Below the pieces are notes generated by a model that made no database searches, was not told where the DNA came from, and worked only from the letters and a program-made list of their open reading frames with translations. Made by a program: the position numbers and the translations under genes. From positions 1,216,001 to 1,280,000 of the forward strand of contig CAXXLV010000002.1 in assembly GCA_963664305.2 (NCBI GenBank): 64,000 bases of DNA. Reading direction: 5' to 3'. Source of the DNA: an uncultured Aliarcobacter sp. (GTDB lineage Bacteria; Campylobacterota; Campylobacteria; Campylobacterales; Arcobacteraceae). How positions within the stretch are numbered: position 1 is the stretch's first letter; every line of letters begins with the position of its first letter. Shown in pieces: positions 41,728-51,873 of the stretch.

Positions 41728-41760
41728 TACAATTGTATCACCAAAATTTACAATTGTCAA
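41728..41760 (-). promoter_or_regulatory. Sigma70 promoter overlapped by two ACAATTGT palindromes
   Basis: TTGACA(41760-55)-17 nt-TACAAT(41737-32) with TGn extension; palindromes at 41728-37 and 41750-57. Confidence 0.8.
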
Positions 41761-41930
41761 TAATTTTATTAATGAATAAATATTTTTGAAATAAATAAGT
41801 GTGCTTGATTTGTGTATTTTTTTAAATATAAAATAAATATATTTTCAAATTAAAATATATTCTAGAATTCAAAAGTTACATATTTATGATGATTTGATAT
41901 ATATTTGATTTATAAATAAAATATGTAATA

Positions 41931-41948
41931 TTAATTTACTGTTAATTA
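41931..41948 (+). repeat. attR core TTAATTTACTGTTAATTA
   Basis: Identical to 36709-36726; abuts the glpD stop codon. Confidence 0.82.
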
Positions 41949-43538
41949 TCAAAAATAGTTTTTAATAAACTCTTTTGCTTCATTTTTCTCTATTTCTTTT
42001 TTTTCAATATCCCATTTTAAAATTTTTGCCATTTCTTCACAAACAATATCAACAAGTTCTAAAGAAGATTTTTTATCTATAAAACAAAGCCCTATTCTTC
42101 TTGCTAAATAGTCTATTGGCTTTTGAATGAACTCTTCTTTTATACAATACTCTATCTCTTTTTTTAAATAAGGAAATCTTTCATCTAGTAAATCAAAATC
42201 TTTATTTTCATCTGCAAGTGATAAAACCTTTATTGCATTGTCACCATAAAGTGAAATCAAAGATTTTTTTGTTTTTTTTGAAATAGGATAAAATGAAGTT
42301 AATTTTTCTAAGTTTTTTTTCTTTTGCCTATTTCCTACAAGTTTATATTTTTTTGTTTTACACAGTTCTTTCTTTTCAATTTTATTTTGTTTTATCAAAT
42401 AATCCATGATGTCATTTGCCATTTTTCTATAGGTAGTCCATTTGCCACCACAAATTGAAACTAAACCACTTTTTGAACTAAAAATTGAATGTTCTCTGTT
42501 TATTTGTTCTGTTTTTAATTTATTACTTTTTACAAGAGGTCTAATTCCACTCCAAGAAGATAAAATATCCTGTTTTGTTAAAGTTTTATCAAAATAATTA
42601 TTTACCTCTTTTAATAAATACTCTATTTCTTCATCTTTTACTTTTGAATTTTCCTCATAAAAAGTTTTATTATCTGTTGTTCCTATTAAACAATGTTCTA
42701 AAAATGGTAATACAAAAACTACTCTATTATCACTTGTATTTGGTATCAAAATTGCTTCATCAGAAAATAAAAAATCCTTTGAAACAACAATGTGAATTCC
42801 ACTACTTAAAGTCAAGACTTCTTTTGTTTCATTATCTAAAAATCTCATATTATCAACATTTGCACCTGTTGCATTTATTACAACTTTTGATTTGATTTCA
42901 AACTCTTTATTTTTTACTTTATCAAAATACTTCACGCCTGAAATCTTATTATTTTCATCATATGAAAAATTTTTAACTTCACAATAGTTTTTAACAATTG
43001 CACCATTTTCAAAAGCTGATTGCAAAAGTGAAATTATCATTCTAAAATCTAAAAAAGTTCCATCATAAAACGAAATACATGCTTTTAAATTTTTTTTTCT
43101 CAAATTTGGGAAATAGTAACTACTAATAACTTTATTCAAAAAAGTATTATTACCTAAACTATTTTTATATGAAATCAATTTATAAATAAACAAACCAATA
43201 TAGTTTTTAATTAGATTAAAATAAGAGTAACTTGGGATATTTATTTTTAATTTTTTTGATATATTTGAACTATTTTTTAGAAAAATTGCTCTTTCTTTTA
43301 AAGCTTCTTTTACTAAATTGTATTGAGATTTATCAAACTCTTTGATTGCTTTTTCAAGATACCTAACTCCACCATGAACTAATTTTGAACTTTTAGAACT
43401 AGCTCCACTTCCAAAATCATTTTTTTCTAAAAGTAAAACTTTATAACCTCTAAGTGTTGCATCAAGACATATTCCACTACCAACAGCTCCGCCACCAATC
43501 ACAACAATATCATAGTTTTCATCTCTTGAATTTATCAT
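41949..43538 (-). CDS. glpD: FAD-dependent glycerol-3-phosphate dehydrogenase/oxidase
   Basis: GGGAVG, SSKSSKLVHGGVRYL, GTTD, GIRPL, GGKWTTYR. Confidence 0.88.
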   Translation of the reverse strand: MINSRDENYDIVVIGGGAVGSGICLDATLRGYKVLLLEKNDFGSGASSKSSKLVHGGVRYLEKAIKEFDKSQYNLVKEALKERAIFLKNSSNISKKLKINIPSYSYFNLIKNYIGLFIYKLISYKNSLGNNTFLNKVISSYYFPNLRKKNLKACISFYDGTFLDFRMIISLLQSAFENGAIVKNYCEVKNFSYDENNKISGVKYFDKVKNKEFEIKSKVVINATGANVDNMRFLDNETKEVLTLSSGIHIVVSKDFLFSDEAILIPNTSDNRVVFVLPFLEHCLIGTTDNKTFYEENSKVKDEEIEYLLKEVNNYFDKTLTKQDILSSWSGIRPLVKSNKLKTEQINREHSIFSSKSGLVSICGGKWTTYRKMANDIMDYLIKQNKIEKKELCKTKKYKLVGNRQKKKNLEKLTSFYPISKKTKKSLISLYGDNAIKVLSLADENKDFDLLDERFPYLKKEIEYCIKEEFIQKPIDYLARRIGLCFIDKKSSLELVDIVCEEMAKILKWDIEKKEIEKNEAKEFIKNYF

Positions 43539-43616
43539 ATTTTTCTCAATTAAAGGTATTTAAAAAAAGCTTTTTGCTAAGCTAGGATATAATAAAAATA
43601 AATAAAAAGGAATAAA

Positions 43617-44027
43617 ATGCAAATAATTATTGCCATAGCTGTTTTTATAATCATCTTAACACTAATACTTTATAAAGTAAATGATAGATTCGAAAAAAGA
43701 GAGCTAATAATACTTTTATTAATAATAATTATTTCAACAATAGCTTATATTTGGTATGAAAAATCACAAGAAAACTTTTTCCCAAAAATGTTTAAAGAAA
43801 AATATGAAAAAGAGAAAAATGTTTTAATTGAAGGATTAGAATCTGAACTTTTAAATAATAAAGTTGTTAGTTCAAAAGATAAATTTATTTATAAATTTAC
43901 ATATCTTGTTAAAAAAGATAATAAAGAGTTTTTATGTACAACAAATGAAGTTGAAATCAATAAAATACAAAATAACTTTGTATTTAAAAATTTCTTGGAT
44001 TTAAAAGAAGAGTGTATAGAAAAATAA
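43617..44027 (+). CDS. Hypothetical membrane protein
   Basis: Two N-terminal TMs; AAGGA RBS. Confidence 0.7.
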   Translation: MQIIIAIAVFIIILTLILYKVNDRFEKRELIILLLIIIISTIAYIWYEKSQENFFPKMFKEKYEKEKNVLIEGLESELLNNKVVSSKDKFIYKFTYLVKKDNKEFLCTTNEVEINKIQNNFVFKNFLDLKEECIEK

Positions 44028-44033
44028 CTCTTC

Positions 44034-44681
44034 TTATGCTGGTTTAAAACCACTTTTACTTTTACAAACCTGAGGAAACAGACAATTTTCACACTCAGGT
44101 TTTACAGCTTTACAAATATATCTTCCAAATAAAACCATTGCTTGATGAAAAATATGTAAATCGTGCCCTTTTAATTTTTTTACTAAATCTGCCTCAGTTA
44201 TATCAACTGTTTTTCCATCACTAAGTCCCAGTCTATGAGAAACTCTAAAAACATGAGTATCAACTGCCATAAGATTTGCACCCTCAAACTCAATCATAAA
44301 TACATTTGCTGTTTTATTCCCAACACCTGCAAGTTTCATAAGCTTTTTTTGATCATGTGGAATTTCGCCATCATAATTCATCAAAACACTTTGAGCCATT
44401 TTTATAATATTTTTTGCTTTATTATTAAAAAATGAACAAGATTTTAATAACTCTTTTACATCTTCAAGCTCAGCAACTGCTAATTCTCTTACACTTGGAT
44501 ATTTTTCAAAAAGAGCTGGTGTTATAATATTTACTCTTTTATCAGTACATTGAGCACTTAAAATAATAGCTATTAATAATTCATAATCATTTCTATAATT
44601 TAGCTCTGTAACTGCATCACTATACTTTTCAATAAATGCTTGTTTTATTATTTCAATATCTGCTTTTGTTGCTTTTTTCAT
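44034..44681 (-). CDS. nth: Endonuclease III
   Basis: LSAQCTD, HhH GVGNKTA, VDTHV, C-terminal 4-Cys FeS motif. Confidence 0.96.
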   Translation of the reverse strand: MKKATKADIEIIKQAFIEKYSDAVTELNYRNDYELLIAIILSAQCTDKRVNIITPALFEKYPSVRELAVAELEDVKELLKSCSFFNNKAKNIIKMAQSVLMNYDGEIPHDQKKLMKLAGVGNKTANVFMIEFEGANLMAVDTHVFRVSHRLGLSDGKTVDITEADLVKKLKGHDLHIFHQAMVLFGRYICKAVKPECENCLFPQVCKSKSGFKPA

Positions 44682-44682
44682 T

Positions 44683-46656
44683 TTATATCTCTTTTATTTT
44701 TGCTATCTCATCTCTTAATCTAATAGCCTCTTCAAAGTTTAAATCTTGTGCCGCTTTTTTCATTTGTTTATTTAACTCTATCAAGATTTTTTTACGTTCA
44801 CTTGCTGGCATTTTTTCTAGTTTTTGTTTTTTCCAAGCTACATCATCATACTCTTCAAGTTTTAGATTTTCATCAAGTTTTCTTTTTGTTGATTTTGGAG
44901 TTATATTATGTTCTTTATTGAAATCTTCTTGAAGTTTTCTTCTTCTATTTGTTTCATCAATTGCAAATTGCATCGAAGCTGTAATTTTTTTTGCAAATAA
45001 AATTACTCTTCCATTTTCATTTCTAGCAGCTCTTCCAATTGTTTGAATAAGAGAAGTACGACTTCTTAAAAATCCTTCTTTATCAGCATCAAGTATAGCA
45101 ACTAAAGAAGTTTCAGGAATATCAAGACCTTCTCTTAAAAGGTTAATTCCAATTAACACATCAAAAGTTCCAAGTCTTAATTCTCTGATTATTTGATTTC
45201 TTTCAATTGCATCAATTTCGCTATGCATATATTTTACTTTTATTCCTAAATCTGCATAATAACTAGCTAACTCTTCAGCCATTTTTTTAGTAAGAACTGT
45301 AACTAAAACTCTTTCATTTTTTGCAATTACTTTTTTTATCTCATCATGTAATCTTTCAACTTGATATTCACTATCTATTATGTCAATAATTGGGTCAAGT
45401 AATCCAGTTGGTCTTATAATTTGCTCAGCTACAACTGAACTCATATCAACTTCAAGTTCATTTGGAGTTGCACTTACAAATACATAATGTGGTGCTTTTT
45501 TTATAAACTCATCAAATTTTAGAGGTCTATTATCAAGTGCTGAAGGAAGTCTAAATCCATACTCAACTAAAACCTCTTTTCTACTCCTATCAGCTGCGTG
45601 CATTCCTCTAAATTGAGAAAGTGAAACATGAGATTCATCAACCACAAGTAAAAAATCTTTTCCCATTTGTTCAAAATAATCAAGTAACGAATAAGGAGTT
45701 TCACCAGGTTTTAATCCAGTTAAGTGTCGTGCATAGTTTTCAATTCCTTTGCACATTCCAGTTCCTTCAATCATCTCTAAATCAAACTCAACTCTTTGTT
45801 TTAGTCTTTGATATTCAACAAGTTTTTGTTCTTTTTGGAAATAATCAAGTCTTTCATCTAATTCTTCTTCTATTTGTTTAACGGCTGTTGCTAATTTATC
45901 ATTTGAAACAACGAAAGGATTAACAGAATAAATAATTACTTCTTGTAAATCTTTTACTCTGTTATTTGTTATATATTCATGTTTTGAGATAGATTCAACC
46001 TCATCACCAAAAAACTCAACTCGAATAAACTCATCTTCAAAATAAGCTGGAAAAATATCTATCACATCACCATTTACTCTAAAATCAGCCCTATCAAAAA
46101 ACTTATCGTTTCTTTTATAACCCATTTCCACAAGTTTTAATAAAAACTCTTTTTGTGAATACTCAAAACCTACTTCAACTCTTTGAACCATTGCTTTATA
46201 TTCACTTGGATTTCCTAAACCATAGTTAGCTGAAACAGATGCAATTACAATAACATCATCAAAAGATAATAAAGAAGCTGTTGCACTAAGTCTTAATCTT
46301 TCTAATTCTTCATTTATAGAACTATCTTTTTCAATAAATAAATCGCTTCTTGGAATATATGCTTCAGGTTGATAATAATCATAATAAGAGATAAAATATT
46401 CAACATGATTGTTTGGAAAAAATTGTTTAAATTCACTGTAAAGCTGAGCAGCTAAAGTTTTATTATGAGTCATTATAAGTGTAGGTTTTTGAACTTTTTC
46501 AATAACTTTTGCTATTGTATAAGTTTTACCACTTCCAGTAACTCCTAAAAGTGTGTTATATTGATTTCCAGCTTCTATACTATCACTTAAAGCTTTTATT
46601 GCTTTTGGTTGGTCTCCACTTGGTTCATAATCACTTACTACTTTAAACTTTGTGAT
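44683..46656 (-). CDS. uvrB: Excinuclease ABC subunit B; extended to probable ATC start at 46656
   Basis: Frame upstream of ORF-track start reads [16 protein letters not shown]...[30 protein letters not shown] 6 nt upstream. Confidence 0.95.
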   Translation of the reverse strand: MTKFKVVSDYEPSGDQPKAIKALSDSIEAGNQYNTLLGVTGSGKTYTIAKVIEKVQKPTLIMTHNKTLAAQLYSEFKQFFPNNHVEYFISYYDYYQPEAYIPRSDLFIEKDSSINEELERLRLSATASLLSFDDVIVIASVSANYGLGNPSEYKAMVQRVEVGFEYSQKEFLLKLVEMGYKRNDKFFDRADFRVNGDVIDIFPAYFEDEFIRVEFFGDEVESISKHEYITNNRVKDLQEVIIYSVNPFVVSNDKLATAVKQIEEELDERLDYFQKEQKLVEYQRLKQRVEFDLEMIEGTGMCKGIENYARHLTGLKPGETPYSLLDYFEQMGKDFLLVVDESHVSLSQFRGMHAADRSRKEVLVEYGFRLPSALDNRPLKFDEFIKKAPHYVFVSATPNELEVDMSSVVAEQIIRPTGLLDPIIDIIDSEYQVERLHDEIKKVIAKNERVLVTVLTKKMAEELASYYADLGIKVKYMHSEIDAIERNQIIRELRLGTFDVLIGINLLREGLDIPETSLVAILDADKEGFLRSRTSLIQTIGRAARNENGRVILFAKKITASMQFAIDETNRRRKLQEDFNKEHNITPKSTKRKLDENLKLEEYDDVAWKKQKLEKMPASERKKILIELNKQMKKAAQDLNFEEAIRLRDEIAKIKEI

Positions 46657-46666
46657 GATAAGCTCC

Positions 46667-47203
46667 TTATTTTTCTTTCAAAATTTCATATAAAATAATA
46701 GATACATCTCTTGCTGTCCAAATAACATCTCTACTTAAAGTATCTCTATCTTTTTCTATATTTGCATTATTCCAATATTTATTTAAAATTCTTTGTATAT
46801 CATTTTTTCTGTGTTCTTCACTTAATTCTAAAATAGTCAAATGAAAAAATTTGTGACTATTATAGATTGATAATTTATTTTTTGTTTTTAAAAAATATAA
46901 AAGTAAAGATACTTGCCAAGTATGCCACTCTATTCTATCCATAGCACTTGGAAGTTTATGTGCATAATCCAAAGCCCTATAAGAATCTAATATAACTCTA
47001 CAAGCTTGAGATAAAGCATTGATATTCATATTTTCTATATTTTTGGGAAATCTCATTTCTTCTAATTTTATAACTTTTAATGATGGAGTATTTCTTGTAA
47101 CATTCAATTCTTTTGTATTATTTTTGTTATCCATTAATAAATATATTAAAATTATCAGTAATAAAACTGCAATAATTATTATACCAACTATGGCAAGATG
47201 CAT
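46667..47203 (-). CDS. Hypothetical protein with N-terminal TM
   Basis: Long ORF in operon context; GAGG RBS. Confidence 0.7.
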   Translation of the reverse strand: MHLAIVGIIIIAVLLLIILIYLLMDNKNNTKELNVTRNTPSLKVIKLEEMRFPKNIENMNINALSQACRVILDSYRALDYAHKLPSAMDRIEWHTWQVSLLLYFLKTKNKLSIYNSHKFFHLTILELSEEHRKNDIQRILNKYWNNANIEKDRDTLSRDVIWTARDVSIILYEILKEK

Positions 47204-47898
47204 AAATCTACCTCTTCAAAATTGAAATTTTCAAATCTTGTGTATTTTTTTTGACAACATAATGATGGAATATTTATATATTTTTTATTTTCAAATACAT
47301 AAGTTCCACCTTGATGGTAGTGTCCTTCAATTACAATATTTGTATCATAATTTTTTAATCTCTTAAAAACAATTTCTTCAAAATTTTTCATTTTATGACA
47401 AATGTTTTTTTCTAAAAGAGCATTCTCTATTTTTTTTGAAATGTAAAAATTTATATCGATAAAATTCATAAATTTCAAAAAGAATCTATTTCTAACAACA
47501 TTACAAAAAAGGTCATATTTCCAATTTATAAAATTATCTCCATGAGATAAACTTATTGTTATATCATTGAATTTTCCCAAAATTGGTTGATTTTCTCTTT
47601 TTATAATTTTTATATTTGAAAAAAGTTCTTGAAGATTATAATCATGATTTCCCTCTAAATAAATTATCTCTATTTTTTTTGATAAATTATTTAAAATATC
47701 TATTATTTCATGATTTTGTTTTATAAAATATTTACATTCACTTGAAATAAAATCTATGATATCACCCATTAAAAAAAGTTGTGAAGTTTTAATCTCTTCT
47801 TTTTCTAATTTGTTTAAAAATTGTAAGAATTCTATGTTTTTTTGATTAAAATGAGAGTCAGCTACAAAAATAGCTCCCTCTTTAATATTAAGATTCAT
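47188..47898 (-). CDS. lpxH: UDP-2,3-diacylglucosamine hydrolase-like metallophosphoesterase
   Basis: DSH, GD, EGNHD, HGD, GHYH. Confidence 0.78.
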   Translation of the reverse strand: MNLNIKEGAIFVADSHFNQKNIEFLQFLNKLEKEEIKTSQLFLMGDIIDFISSECKYFIKQNHEIIDILNNLSKKIEIIYLEGNHDYNLQELFSNIKIIKRENQPILGKFNDITISLSHGDNFINWKYDLFCNVVRNRFFLKFMNFIDINFYISKKIENALLEKNICHKMKNFEEIVFKRLKNYDTNIVIEGHYHQGGTYVFENKKYINIPSLCCQKKYTRFENFNFEEVDLCILP

Positions 47899-47944
47899 AA
47901 GCTATTTTTGATTTTCTTATTTAATTTCTTCTTTTCAGCTACAT

Positions 47945-48433
47945 TCATAGTAACTCTATGTCCTTGTAACATACATTTAGAACTTCAAAAGTTTTAACAC
48001 CACCTGGAAGTGTTGCAGTTACTTCATCACCCTCTTCTTTTCCCATTAATTGTTTTGCAAGTGGAGAATTAAAAGAAATTAATCCTTTATCTGCATTTGA
48101 TTCAACTCCACCAACAATAGTATATGTAAATTCTTCATCTGTATTTGTGTCAACTAAACTTACCGTTGAACCAAAACTCACTTTATTATGTGGAAGAGTT
48201 GAAGGATCGATAATAACTGCTTTTGAGATAACTGCATTTAATTCTGCAATTTGTGAGTCAATTAATGCTAATTTATCTTTTGCAGAATGGTATTCAGCAT
48301 TTTCTTTTAAATCTCCTAATTGTCTAGCTTCATCTAATGCAATTACAGTTTCAGGTCTTTCTTTTTTCTTTAAAAACTCTAGTTCTCCTGTAATTTTATT
48401 ATATCCAGCTATTGTCATTGGTTCTTTATCCAT
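47945..48433 (-). CDS. greA: Transcription elongation factor GreA (start ATG 48433)
   Basis: GDLKENAEY, ISFNSPLA. Confidence 0.96.
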   Translation of the reverse strand: MDKEPMTIAGYNKITGELEFLKKKERPETVIALDEARQLGDLKENAEYHSAKDKLALIDSQIAELNAVISKAVIIDPSTLPHNKVSFGSTVSLVDTNTDEEFTYTIVGGVESNADKGLISFNSPLAKQLMGKEEGDEVTATLPGGVKTFEVLNVCYKDIELL

Positions 48434-48494
48434 CAACATCTCCAATAAATTTATTTATGATATAATACCTAAAAATAGTAAAAGAGAAGTTTAG

Positions 48495-49145
48495 ATGAAA
48501 TATGACAGAACAAAAAAGTTATTTGGGAACGATGTCTTTGAAAAATTCAAAGATGTAAAACTAATACTTTTAGGTGTTGGTGGTGTTGGAAGTTTTGCAC
48601 TTGATGCTCTTTATAACACTGGAATTACAAATATTACTATAGTTGATTTTGATACTTATGAAGAATCAAATATGAATAGACAAATGGGAAGTCATGGGAA
48701 TATTGGAAGAATTAAAGTTGAAGCTTTAAAAGAAAAGTATCCAGATGTTACTCCAATTCATGTTAAAATTACTCCTGAATGGATTGACAATTTTGATTTT
48801 TCATCTTATGATTATATATTAGATGCAATTGATGATATTAGACCTAAAGTACATCTAATAAAAAAGCATTTTACAAAAATTATTAGTACTAGTGGTGGAG
48901 CAAAAAGAATTGACCCAAGTAAAATAGAATATATATCTATTTGGGATACATATAATGACCCATTTATTAAAAAAGTTAGAGAAGAATTAAAAAAACAAGG
49001 ATTTAAGAAAAAATTTAAAGTAATTTTTTCATCAGAAAATCCAAGATGTATCGAAAAAGGAAGTTTTGAGGGAGTTACTGGCTCTTTTGGTTTAATGATG
49101 GCATCAGTTACTATTCAAAAATTGTTAAAGAAAATTGAAAAATAA
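48495..49145 (+). CDS. tcdA: ThiF/TcdA family (tRNA ct6A dehydratase-like)
   Basis: GVGGVG, SNMNRQ, DAID, FSSENP. Confidence 0.75.
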   Translation: MKYDRTKKLFGNDVFEKFKDVKLILLGVGGVGSFALDALYNTGITNITIVDFDTYEESNMNRQMGSHGNIGRIKVEALKEKYPDVTPIHVKITPEWIDNFDFSSYDYILDAIDDIRPKVHLIKKHFTKIISTSGGAKRIDPSKIEYISIWDTYNDPFIKKVREELKKQGFKKKFKVIFSSENPRCIEKGSFEGVTGSFGLMMASVTIQKLLKKIEK

Positions 49146-49206
49146 CTTAAAGATACTCAAAGTTTAAAAGATATATAATAATTAACTTACATGAAAAAGG
49201 ATTCAC

Positions 49207-50115
49207 ATGAGCGGTATTAGCGGTAGTGTAGAGCAAATGACGCAAGGACATTTAAGAAATGTTCAACAATTAGCAGTATTTTACACTGGACATAATAATA
49301 TATACGCAATTAATATAGCAAAAGTTAAAGCTTTTATAATTACAGAAGAAGTTGCAATTAACGATACACCAAAAGACACAGATATTATTGCAGGGATTGC
49401 TACAATTAGAGGTGAGCCTGTAACATTAATCAATCTTGATGCTTGGCTTGGACTTCCTGCACTTGCAGTAAAAGATTATAAACTTATTATATTTTGTGAA
49501 TTTAATCACAAAAAAATTGGTTTCCTAGTAAAAGACATGCTTGATATCGTTGAAAAAACAACTCAAGAATTAAGACACACAGAAGAGACTAACTCAAAAA
49601 TTACATATACAACTTACGTAAAAGTAAATAACAAAGATGAGTTATGTACTGTGTTTAATGCTGAGCAATTATTAAGAGACATCAAATGGACTGATGATGG
49701 TTCAGATGAAATTAGAAAATATGTTGACGAGAAACTTCACTCTGATAAATTAATTTTAGCTGCTGAAGATTCTGGTGTTGCAAGAGAAGTTCTAAGTTCA
49801 TTTTTTGAAGAAACAGGTCTTGATTATGAAATCTATGCAAATGGAACTTTATTAGTAAAAAGATTAGAAGAATTAAATCCTGATAAAATTGGTTTAGTAA
49901 TTACAGATATTGAAATGCCTGGAACTGATGGATATCAAGTTGCTGCATTTATAAAAAACAATAAAAATTTAGCACATGTTCCAATTATTGTAAACTCTTC
50001 AATGACAACAGATGCAGTAAGAGGAAAAATGAGCCAAGTTGGTGTTGATGGATTTGTTGGTAAAACTGATATTTCAAATCTATTTAAACTAACAAAAAAA
50101 CTTTTATTAAGATAA
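49207..50115 (+). CDS. cheV: Chemotaxis protein CheV
   Basis: CheW domain (YAINIAKV, IRGE) plus receiver (AEDS, TDIEMP). Confidence 0.93.
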   Translation: MSGISGSVEQMTQGHLRNVQQLAVFYTGHNNIYAINIAKVKAFIITEEVAINDTPKDTDIIAGIATIRGEPVTLINLDAWLGLPALAVKDYKLIIFCEFNHKKIGFLVKDMLDIVEKTTQELRHTEETNSKITYTTYVKVNNKDELCTVFNAEQLLRDIKWTDDGSDEIRKYVDEKLHSDKLILAAEDSGVAREVLSSFFEETGLDYEIYANGTLLVKRLEELNPDKIGLVITDIEMPGTDGYQVAAFIKNNKNLAHVPIIVNSSMTTDAVRGKMSQVGVDGFVGKTDISNLFKLTKKLLLR

Positions 50116-50125
50116 TCTCTTTTTC

Positions 50126-50152
50126 AATAAGATGAGTTAAACTCATCTTATT
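50126..50152. terminator. Bidirectional terminator between cheV and argH
   Basis: AATAAGATGAGTT-A-AACTCATCTTATT. Confidence 0.7.
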
Positions 50153-51542
50153 ATTTATTTTCTAACCACTCTTCGAAATATTTTATTTGATTTTCTGTTT
50201 GGATTGATGAAGTCCCACCAAATGAATTTCTTGCGTTCATTGAATTTCTTAAATCTAAGTACATAATTATCTCTTCACTTACATTTTTTAATTCATCATT
50301 TGCACTTCTAATTTCATTTATATTTAATTCACTAATATCTTTATTTAAGCTATTTGCTAATGCTACTACATCTTTTGTTATGTAGTATGCTGTTCTAAAT
50401 GGCATATTTTGTTTTTGAACTAAATAATCAGCTAAATCTGTTGCTGTTAAGTGTCCAATTTTACAAGCTTTTTCCATTTTATCAACATTTACAATCATAG
50501 TTTTAATAACTTCATTTAAAATTGAAATAGAAATTTCAACTGTTTTAACAGAATCAAAAACACCCTCTTTATCTTCTTGAGTATCTTTATTATAAGCTAG
50601 CGGTAAACCTTTCATAACAGTTAAAAGAGAGATTAAATTTCCATATACTCTACCTGTTTTTCCTCTTAATAATTCTGGAACATCAGGATTTTTCTTTTGA
50701 GGCATAATTGAACTTGTTGTTGCATACTCATCACTCATTCTTACAAATTGGAATTCATAAGATGACCAAAGAATAAGTTCTTCCGAAATTCTACTAATAT
50801 GCATCATAGTTGTACTTATATTAAATAAAATCTCTAAAGCAAAATCTCTATCAGAAACCGTATCCATAGCATGATTTGTAGGAGCTATAAATCCTAATTT
50901 TTGTGAACTTGATTCTCTATTAATATTGTGTGGAGTTCCTGCAAGGGCAGCACTTCCTAAAGGACAATAATTGTTTCTCTCATACGAACTTTCAAATCTT
51001 TCATAATCTCTTTTAAACATATTTGCATAGGCTAATAAATGGTAACCAAAGTTAAGAGGCTGAGCATGTTGTAAGTGAGTCATACCAGGAATTAAAGTAG
51101 TTGTATATTTCCCTGCTACATTTACAAAAGTTTCAACTAATTCTTTTAATTGAGTTTTTATACTTACTGATTTATCTTGAACATATAGTCTAAAATCTGT
51201 TGCAACTTGGTCATTTCTACTACGTGCAGTGTGAAGTCTTTTTCCTGGTTCTCCAATTATTTCTGTGAGTCTTGTTTCAACTGCCATATGAATATCTTCA
51301 TATGCTAAAGAAAATTTAAACTCGCCACTTTCAATCTCTTTTTTAACTTGTAAAAGTCCTGTTTCAATAGCTTTTTGCTCTTCTACTGTTAAGATACCTT
51401 GTTCCGCCAACATTGCTGAATGTGCAATTGAACCTTTAATATCTTGAGCATAAAGTTCTTTATCAAACATTATTGAAGCATTAAATTCATCTAAAATTTG
51501 AGCATTTGTATTTTTTAAAATCTGATTATTTTGATTTGACAT
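50151..51542 (-). CDS. argH: Argininosuccinate lyase
   Basis: [28 protein letters not shown]. Confidence 0.97.
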   Translation of the reverse strand: MSNQNNQILKNTNAQILDEFNASIMFDKELYAQDIKGSIAHSAMLAEQGILTVEEQKAIETGLLQVKKEIESGEFKFSLAYEDIHMAVETRLTEIIGEPGKRLHTARSRNDQVATDFRLYVQDKSVSIKTQLKELVETFVNVAGKYTTTLIPGMTHLQHAQPLNFGYHLLAYANMFKRDYERFESSYERNNYCPLGSAALAGTPHNINRESSSQKLGFIAPTNHAMDTVSDRDFALEILFNISTTMMHISRISEELILWSSYEFQFVRMSDEYATTSSIMPQKKNPDVPELLRGKTGRVYGNLISLLTVMKGLPLAYNKDTQEDKEGVFDSVKTVEISISILNEVIKTMIVNVDKMEKACKIGHLTATDLADYLVQKQNMPFRTAYYITKDVVALANSLNKDISELNINEIRSANDELKNVSEEIIMYLDLRNSMNARNSFGGTSSIQTENQIKYFEEWLENK

Positions 51543-51604
51543 TTGGTTTCCTAAAATTATAATGTGCCTTTTAAATTAAGCCGGAATTATAACACAACTG
51601 TTAT

Positions 51605-51790
51605 TTACTCTTCCTCTTCAATCTCTTGAATTGCATCTTTTATAATATACAAAATTTTACTTTTTGCATTTTCTTCATTATTTTCCGGTACATCCCATCC
51701 AACAATAGACATATATTTGTCAACAAGTGATTTTACATCATCCACGATATTATCGTGTAATTGTGCTAATTCTTTGTCTTGTGCATTCAT
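51605..51790 (-). CDS. Small acidic hypothetical protein
   Basis: AAGGA RBS; WDVPE motif; fills the intergenic space. Confidence 0.7.
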   Translation of the reverse strand: MNAQDKELAQLHDNIVDDVKSLVDKYMSIVGWDVPENNEENAKSKILYIIKDAIQEIEEEE

Positions 51791-51873
51791 TATTTTTTCC
51801 TTTTTATATTAGTTATTATTAAATACTTGATATAATACCGAACATTAACAATAAAAAAAATAAGGTATCATTT

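Larger units (their letters stand above)
36709..41948. mobile_element. Integrated rolling-circle element (RHH repressor, SSB, HUH Rep, Xis, tyrosine integrase, cargo)
   Basis: Exact 18-bp terminal direct repeats plus a co-oriented replication/integration module. Confidence 0.88.

Noticed and set aside
36709..41948. Complete inovirus prophage or ICE
   Set aside because: No Zot/pI ATPase, coat proteins, relaxase or T4SS genes between the repeats
44683..46473. uvrB (and amiA) as truncated pseudogenes
   Set aside because: Frames are intact upstream with well-placed RBSs; a near-cognate start is more parsimonious
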